From: an uncultured Planctomycetales bacterium
GTDB taxonomy: Bacteria; Omnitrophota; Gorgyraeia; Gygaellales; Profunditerraquicolaceae
Direction of reading: 5' to 3'
NCBI GenBank assembly: GCA_964487475.1
Contig: CAZAPM010000008.1
Span: forward strand, 57,187-106,702
Length of the DNA stretch: 49,516 nt
Shown here one piece after another: positions 10,001 through 19,940 of the stretch (positions are counted from its first letter, which is position 1; every line of letters starts with the position of its first letter). The notes below the pieces were generated by a model. That model did no database searches and was not told the origin of the DNA. It was given only the letters and a program-made list of their open reading frames with translations. A program made the position numbers and the translations under genes.

Positions 10001-10174
10001 ATGGCAAATAATCCCGCAACACAGGAAGCGCCGGCAGAAGAGAAACAGACGAACTGCCCGGCCTGCAATAAAGCGCTGCGCAAGATCAGCAGGTATTACC
10101 GCAACAACAAATATTATTGCTCGAAGAAATGCTGGAAAAAAGCCAGCACCACTCCTAAGGAAGAGAAAAAATGA
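10001..10174 (+). CDS. Small zinc-finger protein (TRASH/YHS-like), 57 aa, absent from the ORF track
   Basis: MANNPATQEAPAEEKQTNCPACNKALRKISRYYRNNKYYCSKKCWKKASTTPKEEKK; purine-rich SD upstream; ATGA overlap with the next gene. Confidence 0.75.
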   Translation: MANNPATQEAPAEEKQTNCPACNKALRKISRYYRNNKYYCSKKCWKKASTTPKEEKK

Positions 10175-10548
10175 GACGCCGTTTCAGCGCAGAACGCCGG
10201 GTGCATCCCCGTATCAACCACACGCTGCCCATGCAGATCGCGGTCAACGGGTATGACTTCTCCACCAGCACGCAGAACGTAAGCTGTGTGGGAGCATACT
10301 GCAACGTGCATAAGTATGTGCCGCCCTTCACCAAGCTGGCGATCAAGCTCTCTTTGCCCCTGGGCAGAAGGGCCGCCGCCAAGGACGGTGATATCGAATG
10401 CAAGGGGGTCGTGGTGCGTACCGAAGATGCTCCCAGCGGCGGGTTCAACATGGCGATCTACTTCAACGAGATCAAGGAACCGCAGCGCAAAAAGATAGCC
10501 CGTTACATCTCCCAGCTCATGCCGGGGCAGGTGCTGGCGGCATCCTAA
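10171..10548 (+). CDS. PilZ domain protein
   Basis: RRVHPR and NVSCVG motifs. Confidence 0.85.
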   Translation: MRRRFSAERRVHPRINHTLPMQIAVNGYDFSTSTQNVSCVGAYCNVHKYVPPFTKLAIKLSLPLGRRAAAKDGDIECKGVVVRTEDAPSGGFNMAIYFNEIKEPQRKKIARYISQLMPGQVLAAS

Positions 10549-10560
10549 GCCGCTGCGGCA

Positions 10561-11094
10561 GTGAGCACGCCAGTCCGCGCTCCGGAACCGGTGAAGCTGG
10601 TGACCGGGGTTATTTATAAGGACAGGAAAGCAGCCGAAGCAGCCTTGCGGCTGCTTTCGCATTTTTGGGGGCCGCTGGATTTCCTGAGCCCCGCGCTGCC
10701 CTTCGCCTCCACCGGGTATTACCGCAGGGAGATGGGGGAGGGGCTGCAGAAGATATTCGTCTCCCACCGCGCCCTGATCCGTCCGGAAAACCTTGCGGAT
10801 ATCAAGGTCCGCACCATGGCCATCGAACGGCGCCTCGCCCTGAAGGGATGCCGCACCGTGAACGTAGACCCCGGGTACTTGACCGCCGCCAGCGTGATCC
10901 TGGCCACCACCAAGAATTTCAGCCACCGCATTTACCTGAAAAAAGGGATCTTCGCGGAAGTGACCCTGCTTTACCGGGCCCGGGGCCGCGCGTACGTTCC
11001 CCTGGAATGGACCTATCCGGATTTCCGCACCCCGGAATACCTTGCGCTGATGAAAGAGGTCAGGAGACTCTATGTTGCCCAAATACAGGCGTAA
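10561..11094 (+). CDS. DUF4416 family protein
   Basis: YY.REMG, R.VNVDPGY, LATTKNFSHRIYL..GIFAEVTL, WTYPDF. Confidence 0.85.
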   Translation: MSTPVRAPEPVKLVTGVIYKDRKAAEAALRLLSHFWGPLDFLSPALPFASTGYYRREMGEGLQKIFVSHRALIRPENLADIKVRTMAIERRLALKGCRTVNVDPGYLTAASVILATTKNFSHRIYLKKGIFAEVTLLYRARGRAYVPLEWTYPDFRTPEYLALMKEVRRLYVAQIQA

Positions 11095-12067
11095 ACGAGC
11101 GCCCGCCGCGCACGAGGCATCATACCTTGCGCTGCACCGCGCCGGGATACTGCAGGAACGCGCCCGGCAGGCCTGGGAGATGCTTTCCCGCTGCGAGCTC
11201 TGTCCGCGCCGCTGCCGCGTGGACCGGCTGCAGGAAAAAGAAGGGTACTGCAAAACCGGCGCTACGGCAAAAGTCTACAGCTTCCAGCTGCATCACGGGG
11301 AAGAGCCGCCGATCTCGGGCACCCGCGGATCCGGCACGATCTTTTTCAGCGGCTGCACCTTGCGCTGCCTCTACTGCCAGAATTACCGCTTCAGCCAGGA
11401 GCAGGAGGGAACTTTGGCCCCGGCCGAACAGCTTTCCTCCATGATGCTTTCCCTGCAGGAACAGGGAGCGCATAACCTCAACCTGGTCACCCCGACCCAC
11501 GTGATGCCGCACATACTCCGGGCCCTCTGCCTGGCGGCGGCGCAGGGGCTGCGCCTGCCCCTGGTCTATAATACCAGCGGGTACGAACGGGCGGAGGTAC
11601 TGCGCCTGCTCGAGGGGATCGTCGACGTGTACCTGCCCGACATGCGCTACTCCGGAAAGGAACAAGCCGCCGCATACTCCGATGCCCCGGAGTATCCATC
11701 GGCGAACCGCGAGGCGCTGCGCGAGATGTACCGCCAGAGAGGTATTGCCAAATTCGACGCGGAAGGTATAATGATGCAGGGCATGATCATCCGGCATCTG
11801 GTGCTTCCCCACGGGATATCCGGCACGGAAGAGACCATGCGTTTCATCGCCGAAGAACTTTCCCCGGATACGCACATAAGCCTGATGAGCCAGTATCTGC
11901 CCTGCCACCGGGCCGCTGCCCGCAAGGAGCTCTCCCGCAGGATCACCCGCGAAGAGTACCGGCAGGCGCAGGAGGCCATGGAGCGTCACGGCCTGCACCT
12001 GGGATGGACCCAGGAAGCGCATGGTTTGAAGGAACTGGCGGGATTTCACATTACACCAAATGCCTAA
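11072..12067 (+). CDS. Radical SAM protein (PflX-like)
   Basis: CELCPRRC, GEEPPISG..GSGTIFFSGCTLRCLYCQN, NLVTPTH, RHLVLP. Confidence 0.9.
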   Translation: MLPKYRRKRAPAAHEASYLALHRAGILQERARQAWEMLSRCELCPRRCRVDRLQEKEGYCKTGATAKVYSFQLHHGEEPPISGTRGSGTIFFSGCTLRCLYCQNYRFSQEQEGTLAPAEQLSSMMLSLQEQGAHNLNLVTPTHVMPHILRALCLAAAQGLRLPLVYNTSGYERAEVLRLLEGIVDVYLPDMRYSGKEQAAAYSDAPEYPSANREALREMYRQRGIAKFDAEGIMMQGMIIRHLVLPHGISGTEETMRFIAEELSPDTHISLMSQYLPCHRAAARKELSRRITREEYRQAQEAMERHGLHLGWTQEAHGLKELAGFHITPNA

Positions 12068-13613
12068 GACCGTTCCCGATCTGCTTATCCGTTCCGCATC
12101 CGCGTATCCCCGTCGCATCGCTGTCGCATTCGGGCAGAAGACCATCACGTTCCAGGAACTGCATGAGACCACCGGCCGCCTGGCCCGCAGCCTGCGCGCG
12201 GAGGGGCTGAAACCGGGGGATAAAGCCGCACTTTTCCTCGATAACTGCCCGGAGTTCGTGATCGGGTACTTTGCCCTGCTCAAAGCCGGCGTCGTCGTGG
12301 TCCCGGTCAACTACATGTTCAAGATGGACGAAGCGCACTACATCCTCCGTCACAGCGGCGCCTCTACCATCATCACCTCGCGCGCAGGACTGGAGATGGC
12401 GCATTCCCTGCGCGCCCGCATCGATACGCTGACCCGGATCATCTGCACCAAGGCCGGGGAAAGCGACGTTGCGGCGTTCCCGGGGCTGCTGGCCCGCGAC
12501 ATCGGTGCCCACCCGCGCTTCACGGCAGAGCCGAAAAGCCCTGCCTCTGCCGACGATGCGGCGGTGATCATCTACACTTCCGGCACGATGGGCGCGCCCA
12601 AGGGAGCGGTGCTGACGCACCGTAACCTTATCTCCAATGCCCAGGACTGCATTCGGGCCTTCCGCATCAGCCGCAAGGACGCCCTGATCTGCATCCTGCC
12701 GCTGTTCCACTCCTTCTCCGCGACGGTGTGCATGCTCACCCCCATCGCCGCGGGAGCCAAAATAGTGATCATGAAATCACTGCGGCCGTTCAAACGGGTA
12801 CTGCGCGTCATCCGGACCCAGAAAGTCACCATGTTCGTGGCCATCCCTTCGGTATACTCGGTCTTTTTACACCTGAAACTGCCGCGGCTCCTCACTTCTC
12901 CGCTGATCTCCCTGTTCAATCCCGTCCGGGTGTGCGTTTCGGGAGCGGCTGCGCTTCCTTCGGAAGTATTCCGGGCTTTCGAAAAGAAATTCCGGGTGCC
13001 GCTGATGGAAGGCTACGGGTTGACCGAAGCTTCCCCGGTAGTAACGGTCAATCCGCTTTACGGCACGCGCAAGGAAGGCTCGATCGGAAAGCCTTTGGCC
13101 AGCCACATCCGGATCAAGGTCGTCGACGAGCAGGGCCATGAGGTCCCCGCCGGCACCATCGGCGAGCTCTGCGTCAAGGGGCCCAACGTGATGCAAGGGT
13201 ACTATAAGGACGAAACCGCCACCCGGGAAGCCCTCCGGGACGGCTGGCTCTTCACCGGGGACATGGCCCGCCTGGATACGGAAGGGTACGCCTACATCGC
13301 GGGACGCAAAAAGGAGATGATCAACGTGCGCGGGTTGAACGTCTATCCGCGGGAGATAGAAGAGACCCTCTACCGCCATCCCGCGGTCAGGGAATGCGCG
13401 GTCATCGGCATCAACGACGAGCGCAAGGGGGAGATCCCCAAGGCCTTCGTCGTGCTCAAGGAGCACGGACAGGCCTCGCAACAGGAGCTGCTGCTCTTCC
13501 TGAAGGAACGCCTTGCGCCTTACAAGATCCCCCGGCAGCTGGAACTGCGCACGGCGCTGCCCAAGAACGCCGCCGGCAAGATCCTCAAACGTCTGCTCAA
13601 AGATGAACACTAG
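12060..13613 (+). CDS. Long-chain fatty-acid--CoA ligase
   Basis: YTSGTMGAPKG, EGYGLTEASP, TGD, GKILK. Confidence 0.92.
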   Translation: MPKTVPDLLIRSASAYPRRIAVAFGQKTITFQELHETTGRLARSLRAEGLKPGDKAALFLDNCPEFVIGYFALLKAGVVVVPVNYMFKMDEAHYILRHSGASTIITSRAGLEMAHSLRARIDTLTRIICTKAGESDVAAFPGLLARDIGAHPRFTAEPKSPASADDAAVIIYTSGTMGAPKGAVLTHRNLISNAQDCIRAFRISRKDALICILPLFHSFSATVCMLTPIAAGAKIVIMKSLRPFKRVLRVIRTQKVTMFVAIPSVYSVFLHLKLPRLLTSPLISLFNPVRVCVSGAAALPSEVFRAFEKKFRVPLMEGYGLTEASPVVTVNPLYGTRKEGSIGKPLASHIRIKVVDEQGHEVPAGTIGELCVKGPNVMQGYYKDETATREALRDGWLFTGDMARLDTEGYAYIAGRKKEMINVRGLNVYPREIEETLYRHPAVRECAVIGINDERKGEIPKAFVVLKEHGQASQQELLLFLKERLAPYKIPRQLELRTALPKNAAGKILKRLLKDEH

Positions 13614-14133
13614 CGAAAAGAAAAAACGCAGACTGGCACGGCTGGGGCGCTTCCTCTACCTCAAGCTGGTCCGCATCAACGATTCCCCGCACCGTATCGC
13701 CGCGGGATTCGGGATCGGCGTCTTCCTGGGCGTACTGCCCGGGCTGGGAGTGCTCACCTCGATACTGGTGGCGGCGCTTTTCCGCGTCAACCGTGCCGCC
13801 GCGCTGGCCGGGTCACTGGTCACCAACGGCTGGATCACCCTTTTCACCCTGATGCTGGCGCTCAAGACCGGCGCCTGGATCACCGGCACCCGCTGGCAGG
13901 AACAGTATGCCGCGGTCAAAGCCCTCTACTCCCAGGCAAAATCCCTGGTCATGCAAAAACGCTATACCGATGCCGTGCATGAGGTCGCCGACCCCGCGCT
14001 GCTGCAGACATTCTTCCCCATGTTACTGGGATATTTCCTCATTTCCCTGATGCTGGGGATCATCGCCTATTCCATCGCCATCACGGTCATCAACCGTTAC
14101 CGCGCCTTCCGGCTCCGACGCAGACAGGGTTAA
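13603..14133 (+). CDS. DUF2062 family membrane protein
   Basis: [25 protein letters not shown] motifs. Confidence 0.8.
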   Translation: MNTSEKKKRRLARLGRFLYLKLVRINDSPHRIAAGFGIGVFLGVLPGLGVLTSILVAALFRVNRAAALAGSLVTNGWITLFTLMLALKTGAWITGTRWQEQYAAVKALYSQAKSLVMQKRYTDAVHEVADPALLQTFFPMLLGYFLISLMLGIIAYSIAITVINRYRAFRLRRRQG

Positions 14134-14215
14134 ATTTGTATTGCTAAACCCGCCTTTCAATGCTAGAATTTTCCGATGTGTGAGCCGGTCAAAACCAACT
14201 TACAAGGGGAATTCC

Positions 14216-14965
14216 ATGTATAAAGTAGTGCTTATCCGCCACGGAGAGAGTGTCTGGAATAAAGAGAACCGCTTTACCGGATGGACCGATGTCGACCTTT
14301 CGGAGAAGGGGATAGAGGAGGCGAAGAAAGCCGGCGCACTCCTGAAAAAGGAGGGGTTCGTCTTCGATGTCGCCTTCACCTCGGTGTTAAAGCGCGCCAT
14401 CCGCACCCTGTGGCTTACCCTGGAGGGCCTGGATCTGATGTGGATCCCGGTGCACCACTCCTGGAGGCTCAACGAACGGCATTACGGCGGACTGCAGGGG
14501 CTCAACAAGTCGGAGACGGCGGCCAAATACGGGGAGGACCAGGTGCTCGTCTGGCGCAGAAGCTACGATATCCAGCCTCCGGCCCTGACCAAAGACGATC
14601 CGCGGTTTCCCGGAAGCGACCCCCGCTACAAAGACATGGACCCCAAGGACGTGCCCCTGACCGAATGCCTCAAAGATACGGTGGCGAGGTTCCTGCCCTA
14701 CTGGCATGAAAGGATCGCCCCGGCCATCAAGTCCGGCAAGCGCGTCATCATCGCCGCGCACGGCAACAGCCTGCGGGCGCTGGTCAAATACCTCGACAAC
14801 GTCTCGGAAGAGGAGATCGTAGGTCTTAACATCCCCACCGGCATGCCGCTGGTCTATGAGCTGGATAAGGACCTCAAGCCGCTCACGCATTATTACCTCG
14901 GTGACCCCGAAGAAGTAGCCAAAGCCATGGCTTCGGTCGCCAGCCAGGGGAAAGCGAAGAAATAA
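14216..14965 (+). CDS. gpmA: 2,3-bisphosphoglycerate-dependent phosphoglycerate mutase
   Basis: LIRHGES.WN..NRFTGW, LNERHYG.LQG, AHGNSLR. Confidence 0.97.
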   Translation: MYKVVLIRHGESVWNKENRFTGWTDVDLSEKGIEEAKKAGALLKKEGFVFDVAFTSVLKRAIRTLWLTLEGLDLMWIPVHHSWRLNERHYGGLQGLNKSETAAKYGEDQVLVWRRSYDIQPPALTKDDPRFPGSDPRYKDMDPKDVPLTECLKDTVARFLPYWHERIAPAIKSGKRVIIAAHGNSLRALVKYLDNVSEEEIVGLNIPTGMPLVYELDKDLKPLTHYYLGDPEEVAKAMASVASQGKAKK

Positions 14966-14970
14966 CCGGT

Positions 14971-15795
14971 ATGCCGCGTATACTCCGTTTCCTGATCCCG
15001 GCGTGGGTCGTCTGCGCGCTTCTGGCAGGGATATATTTCATCCTGCCGGGCGCAAGCCGACGCAGCATTCTGCAGCCCGCGCCCCAAGCTCCCGCCGCAC
15101 CCCTTCCTCTGCCGCCGAGCTCCGTGGGGGAGGCTATCGCCTACAACGTGCATATGGGCGCGATGAAAGTGGGGGAGGCGACCTTCCTGCACCTTCCGGA
15201 TGAGGAACTCGGGGGGAAACCCGCGCAGGTGATGCGTTTTGTGACCACCCTGGGGAAATTCCGCGATACCGAGCTCATCTACAGCGACCCGGCCACGTTC
15301 CTGCCCCTGAAGGTGGAACGCGATATCCTCAACTTCCTGGTACAGGAAAGGATCACCGAGACGTACGACCAGTCCGACTTTTCCGTGACCATCGTCAAGC
15401 ATAAAGGAAAAGCGCCGGGACAAACGGTCATCCGCAAACAAACGCCCCTTAATAACCCCATCCTCCTGCCGCAGTACGTCCGCCGGCTGCCGGACTTAAG
15501 CGTCGGGATGAGCCTTCGCGCCGTATTCCCCAAAAAAGATTTCGTGCTTACCCTGACCAGGATCGAAGAGATCCAGGTCCCTGCGGGCAGATTCCCCGCC
15601 TTCAAATTCGAAAGCGAGCCCCGGCAGATCGAGATATGGGTCAGCGCGGATGCGCGGCGCCTGCCACTGAAGATCAAAGGCACCGGATTGATGGGATACT
15701 TCCTGGTCATGCGCGAATACACGGCCCCGCAGCAACAAGCACACCCGGCCCAAGAGGTAGTGGCCGGTGCTCCGCTTTCTGCGGAGCCCAAATGA
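14971..15795 (+). CDS. DUF3108-like exported protein
   Basis: N-terminal TM, GE...Y.V, E.I.VPAG.F, IW.S.D.RRLPLKI; the C-terminal tail is encoded by repeat motif B. Confidence 0.7.
   Translation: MPRILRFLIPAWVVCALLAGIYFILPGASRRSILQPAPQAPAAPLPLPPSSVGEAIAYNVHMGAMKVGEATFLHLPDEELGGKPAQVMRFVTTLGKFRDTELIYSDPATFLPLKVERDILNFLVQERITETYDQSDFSVTIVKHKGKAPGQTVIRKQTPLNNPILLPQYVRRLPDLSVGMSLRAVFPKKDFVLTLTRIEEIQVPAGRFPAFKFESEPRQIEIWVSADARRLPLKIKGTGLMGYFLVMREYTAPQQQAHPAQEVVAGAPLSAEPK
15742..15787. repeat. Isolated double-hairpin repeat (motif B) inside the 3' end of the DUF3108 gene
   Basis: CACCCGGCC-N-GTGGCCGGTGCTCCGCTTTCTGCGGAGC, near-identical to 41771-41816 and to the reverse complement of 38794-38836. 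Confidence 0.8.
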
Positions 15796-16193
15796 AACGG
15801 CTGAAGCACCTGCTGGCCGCCGCGCTCATCCTCGCCGCAATTGGCTCCCTGGACCGCTTCATCAACGCCCGCATCGCGCCGCCTCCTTCACAGTATCCCT
15901 CAAAGGGGACCGCTTCCTGGTATGTTTCCCCCCTCACCGCGACAGGGGAGAGGTATGATCCGGAGAGCCTCACCTGCGCCATGCGCCGAAGGGACTTCGG
16001 GAAACGCTACCGGGTATGCAATCCTGAAAACGGCAGGTGCGTCGAGGTCCGCCACAACAACTGGGGGCCTTACTGGGTGCTCTACAACCGGGGCCGCATC
16101 GTCGATCTAAGCCGCCGCGCCTTTTCCGAGATCGCCGACCTGGAAAAAGGGCTGGTTCCCGTCACCGTCACGGAAGTGACGTCCCCGCATTAA
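15792..16193 (+). CDS. rlpA: Septal ring lytic transglycosylase RlpA-like (DPBB)
   Basis: GTASWY..TATGERYD..LTCA, GRIVDLSRRAF. Confidence 0.82.
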   Translation: MKRLKHLLAAALILAAIGSLDRFINARIAPPPSQYPSKGTASWYVSPLTATGERYDPESLTCAMRRRDFGKRYRVCNPENGRCVEVRHNNWGPYWVLYNRGRIVDLSRRAFSEIADLEKGLVPVTVTEVTSPH

Positions 16194-16232
16194 ACCCTTG
16201 CTCTCTTACCCTTAGTTTTATATACTATCCTT

Positions 16233-17222
16233 ATGCACAAAATGCTGCGGTTTGTCCTAAGCTGCTTCATTTTTCTTTCCCTGCTGCTGGGCGTCCTCGT
16301 CTATTTCAATCAGAAACCTCTTACCGTCACCTACCTTCCCTCGCAGGAGGACCGGGCCGGCCCGTGGGGGCAGTACCAGGGAGGCGCCAGCAGGATCTAC
16401 GGATATCCTCAGGACTGGAAGTTCGCGGTCACCCTGCGCCTGAATGAAGCAAAAACCCTCAAATGGATGGCGATCATGCATCAGGTCCCCGGGGAGGGAT
16501 GGTGTACTTCCCGGAAAACCCTGATATACGGCAAAAACTGCTACCCCATCGTCATCGATTACGCAGGCCAGCAGATAAACTTCCGCGACGATGAGCCTCT
16601 GGGCACATTCGATGCCGGAACACATTCCTTCACCCTTTACACCCAGAAGGAAAGTTCCCCCTTTGCCGGAGGAGTATTAGCGGTCAAATTTACGGACGGC
16701 CAAGAGCTGCGCACCCTCATTCCGCAAGAAAACGGCATGATTCCCAACCTTGTTCCGGACCTGGCGCAGATCGAAGATATCGAAGGGAAGAACCTTCCGG
16801 AAACGGGAGTTCGCCTTTCCGCGACCTACCGGGGAGACCGGGAAGACCGGGCAGGCGGATACCACGGGTTTGGACCCGGAACAGGGGGCTGCTGCGGCAA
16901 TCGGGATTTTCGAATCGATGCAACCCTGGAACTTCCCCTGGAAAAATCCATTGCCTCCATTATCATGACCCACCTTATCCCGGGCCAGATATGGACCACT
17001 TCCCAGCCGGCCCTTTATCCCATAGTAGTGTTCAACCAGAACGGGCAGCTCAATCACTCGTTTGAAAAGGAACTCGGGGCCCTAGATGCCGGCACCTATG
17101 ATTTCACCCTCTACCTGCAGAAAGAATCGGAAGATTTCCACGGAGGCACGCTTACCTTCACTTTTACCGACGGGACGAGTATCTCGTGTGAGGTGCCTAA
17201 AGAAGCTCCTCCCGAAAGATAA
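16233..17222 (+). CDS. Hypothetical membrane-anchored protein with two tandem copies of a ~140-aa domain
   Basis: N-terminal TM; EDRAG...YPIV...LG..DAGT..FTLY.QKES..F.GG.L...FTDG occurs twice. Confidence 0.7.
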   Translation: MHKMLRFVLSCFIFLSLLLGVLVYFNQKPLTVTYLPSQEDRAGPWGQYQGGASRIYGYPQDWKFAVTLRLNEAKTLKWMAIMHQVPGEGWCTSRKTLIYGKNCYPIVIDYAGQQINFRDDEPLGTFDAGTHSFTLYTQKESSPFAGGVLAVKFTDGQELRTLIPQENGMIPNLVPDLAQIEDIEGKNLPETGVRLSATYRGDREDRAGGYHGFGPGTGGCCGNRDFRIDATLELPLEKSIASIIMTHLIPGQIWTTSQPALYPIVVFNQNGQLNHSFEKELGALDAGTYDFTLYLQKESEDFHGGTLTFTFTDGTSISCEVPKEAPPER

Positions 17223-17229
17223 ATCCGCC

Positions 17230-17625
17230 ATGGAAACCAGAAGATCCTACTCCGACAGAAGGAACCACAAGCGGGCGCAGGTCTCCTTCAACGTCTTCTA
17301 CCGCATCGACTCGCCCCTGGAGATCCGCATCCGGATCGGGGATAAAGAGTTCGCGGCCGTGGCTATCGACATCGGCGAAGGGGGCATGGCCCTGCTCACC
17401 AACCACGACATCCCCGCGCCGGGCAGGGTGTCCATGAATTTCACCATGTACAACGACAAAGCCGCCACCCCCGACGAACGCAGGAAATCCGCCGCAGTCG
17501 TCGGAGAGATCAGGTACTGCAGCGCGCAGCCGAAGGAAAAGGCCTACCGGATCGGGATCCGTTACCTCGACCTCTCCCGGGAAGACCGCTCCTTCATCGC
17601 GAAGTTCGTCCAGACCAGCGAGTAA
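17230..17625 (+). CDS. PilZ domain protein
   Basis: RRNHKR and DIGEGG motifs. Confidence 0.85.
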   Translation: METRRSYSDRRNHKRAQVSFNVFYRIDSPLEIRIRIGDKEFAAVAIDIGEGGMALLTNHDIPAPGRVSMNFTMYNDKAATPDERRKSAAVVGEIRYCSAQPKEKAYRIGIRYLDLSREDRSFIAKFVQTSE

Positions 17626-17629
17626 CGCC

Positions 17630-18334
17630 ATGCGCCTGCGCATAATCATCCCGGTTTTTCTCCTGCTGTGCGCGACAGGAGGATCTGCCCCGGCCTTCGC
17701 CGGCACAGGGGAGCGCATCAGCTACCGGATATACCCCTTCGGCCGGGCGGAATACCTTGACACCGGTATGGTCCTGATCGACGGAGAAACCCTGCGTTCC
17801 TTCCAGATACGCATCAGGATCCTCATGCTGGAAGATATCGAGAAGATATATTTCGAGCCCGACACCTTCCTGATCCGGAAGATAGAGCGCAACTTAACCA
17901 GGCTCCTGGGAAAAGAACGGGTGATCGAGGAGTATGACCAGCGTAGACTGACCGTCAAGGTACGGCTGTTCCGCAAAGGAAGACTGATAAAGGAGGACCT
18001 GATCCACAAGGAAGCCCCGGTGTTCAACGCCATACTGCTGCCTTTATACTTGAGCACCCGGACGCAGCCCGACCTCACTATCCCCTGGGAGTTCACTGCG
18101 CGCCAGCCGGGGACGTACACCCTGCGGATGGAAGGGGAGGAGACGGTACGCCTGCCCCGGGGAAGATTCCCCGCCCTGCACTTCAGGAGTCACCCGGAGA
18201 AATTCGAGATCTGGCTGCACAAGGACCATCCCCGCATCCCGCTGAAGATAAAAGGCAGTACCAACCACCACTATACCTTTATCTGGAGCGGACACTCTCA
18301 AGGAAAGAACCCGGCATCTAAAAAGGAGCCCTGA
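17630..18334 (+). CDS. DUF3108-like exported protein (paralog of 14971-15795)
   Basis: Signal peptide; GE.I.Y, E.YDQ, GRFPA..F.S.P..EIW...R.PLKIKG shared with the paralog. Confidence 0.68.
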   Translation: MRLRIIIPVFLLLCATGGSAPAFAGTGERISYRIYPFGRAEYLDTGMVLIDGETLRSFQIRIRILMLEDIEKIYFEPDTFLIRKIERNLTRLLGKERVIEEYDQRRLTVKVRLFRKGRLIKEDLIHKEAPVFNAILLPLYLSTRTQPDLTIPWEFTARQPGTYTLRMEGEETVRLPRGRFPALHFRSHPEKFEIWLHKDHPRIPLKIKGSTNHHYTFIWSGHSQGKNPASKKEP

Positions 18335-18897
18335 TGAAAAAATCCCTCGGAGCAAGGACGTTGGTATTCCCCACACCCGTGTTCGTGGTCGGCACGTATG
18401 CCGCGGACGGAAAGCCCAACGCCATGGTCGCGGCCTGGGCCGGGATATGCTGCTCGGAGCCGCCCTGCGTGGCAGTCTCCCTGCGGGAGGCAACCTACTC
18501 CTATCACAACATCGTGGAACGCAAAGCCTTCACCATCAGCATCCCCTCGGAAGCCCACCTGAAGGAAGCGGATTTCCTCGGCATCTACTCCGGAAGGAAC
18601 GAGGATAAATTCGCCGCCACCAAGCTTACCCCGGTCAAGAGCGACCTGGTGGACGCGCCCTACATCAAGGAATTCCCCTTCGTCGTTGAATGCGCGCTGC
18701 TTAAAACCGTCAAGATCGGGTTGCACACCCAGTTCATCGGAGAGATCAGGGACGTCAAGATCGAAGAAGGGGCGATGAATACCGAAGGCATACCGGATAT
18801 CGGCAAACTCCTGCCCGTGCTCTTTAACCCCGCCAACCGCGGGTACTATGCGACGGGCAAGTTCCTGGCCACCGCCTTTGCGGTGGGGAAAAAATAA
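18334..18897 (+). CDS. Flavin reductase family (flavoredoxin-like) protein
   Basis: [10 protein letters not shown]...[15 protein letters not shown]...[10 protein letters not shown]. Confidence 0.9.
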   Translation: MKKSLGARTLVFPTPVFVVGTYAADGKPNAMVAAWAGICCSEPPCVAVSLREATYSYHNIVERKAFTISIPSEAHLKEADFLGIYSGRNEDKFAATKLTPVKSDLVDAPYIKEFPFVVECALLKTVKIGLHTQFIGEIRDVKIEEGAMNTEGIPDIGKLLPVLFNPANRGYYATGKFLATAFAVGKK

Positions 18898-18941
18898 CCG
18901 GCAGCACCATTAACGCGTACGCACACTTACAAGGAGGAACC

Positions 18942-19280
18942 ATGGAAAAACAGGATCTGGGCAAATGCACCACAGGGATGGAACCGAACGTCGCCGCGCT
19001 TTTGAGCTACCTTTTGGGGGTTGTCACCGGCGTCATTTTCTTCCTCATCGAAAAAGAGAATAAGTTCGTCCGCTTCCACGCCATGCAATCGATCGTAACC
19101 TTCGGCTCGCTCATCGTGCTTAACGTCGTGCTGCCTTTCATCCCGGTCCTGGGATGGATACTCTGGCCTCTCATCAGCCTGGCCGCGCTCATCCTCTGGA
19201 TCATCCTGATGATCAAAGCGTACCAGGGAGAATACTTCAAGCTCCCGGTCATCGGGGATATCGCGGAAAAGCACATCTGA
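18942..19280 (+). CDS. DUF4870 family membrane protein
   Basis: N.AALLSYL, EKENKFVRFHAMQS, KAYQGE.FKLPVIG. Confidence 0.85.
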   Translation: MEKQDLGKCTTGMEPNVAALLSYLLGVVTGVIFFLIEKENKFVRFHAMQSIVTFGSLIVLNVVLPFIPVLGWILWPLISLAALILWIILMIKAYQGEYFKLPVIGDIAEKHI

Positions 19281-19299
19281 TCTGCCGCGTGTTTTTTTC

Positions 19300-19329
19300 T
19301 TGACATACCACACAATTGTGTGGTAGCAT
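19300..19329 (+). promoter_or_regulatory. lexA promoter with overlapping perfect palindrome (candidate LexA operator)
   Basis: TTGACA (19300-05), TACCACACAATTGTGTGGTA (19306-25), TGG-TAGCAT (-10 at 19324-29). Confidence 0.8.
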
Positions 19330-19336
19330 GTCTGCC

Positions 19337-19921
19337 ATGGAGAAACTTACCCCCAAGCAGAAGAAAGTCCTCGATTTCATAAAAGGGCAGGGGATCCCCC
19401 CGACCATACGGGAGATCGCCAAAGCCTTAGGGTTTTCTTCCACCGGCACGGTCAGGGATTACCTCTCCGCCCTGCAGAAAAAAGGGTACCTTAACAAAGG
19501 AGCTCACATGGCGCGCGGCATCGAACTCAACGAGAACACCTTCAAGATCCCGATCCTGGGCACCATCCCGGCAGGCAAGCCCGCCACCGCATACGAGCAC
19601 ATCGAAGGATATGTGGACGCCAACGACCTTTACCTGGGCCGATTGAGCCAGGATGACGTCTTCGCCCTGCGGGTCAAAGGGGACAGCATGATCGAGGCCG
19701 GGATCATGGACGGGGATATCGCCATCATCAAGAAGCAGCCTGTGGCGGAAAACGACGACATCGTGGCTGCGCTCCTGGCGGACAACGAGGTCACCTTGAA
19801 GCGCCTCAAGCACAAAGAACGCAAATACCACCTGGAACCCGCCAACAAGGATTATCCGCCCATCTTCGAACAGTTCACGGTCATGGGCAGGCTGATCGCG
19901 GTGGTCAGGAAATACCAGTAA
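19337..19921 (+). CDS. lexA: SOS repressor LexA
   Basis: LTPKQ..VL, PPTIREIA, AG cleavage site (IPAG.P), catalytic Ser in GDSM and Lys in VTLKR; start placed 7 nt after the -10 box. Confidence 0.95.
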   Translation: MEKLTPKQKKVLDFIKGQGIPPTIREIAKALGFSSTGTVRDYLSALQKKGYLNKGAHMARGIELNENTFKIPILGTIPAGKPATAYEHIEGYVDANDLYLGRLSQDDVFALRVKGDSMIEAGIMDGDIAIIKKQPVAENDDIVAALLADNEVTLKRLKHKERKYHLEPANKDYPPIFEQFTVMGRLIAVVRKYQ

Positions 19922-19940
19922 CCGCCAGCGCGCCGCAGCC

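Noticed and set aside
14176..14223. 15-codon upstream ORF overlapping the gpmA start
   Set aside because: gpmA has its own SD, and nothing supports translation of the short frame.
19337..19921. lexA as a prophage repressor
   Set aside because: Typical LexA winged-helix N-terminus and no phage genes nearby.
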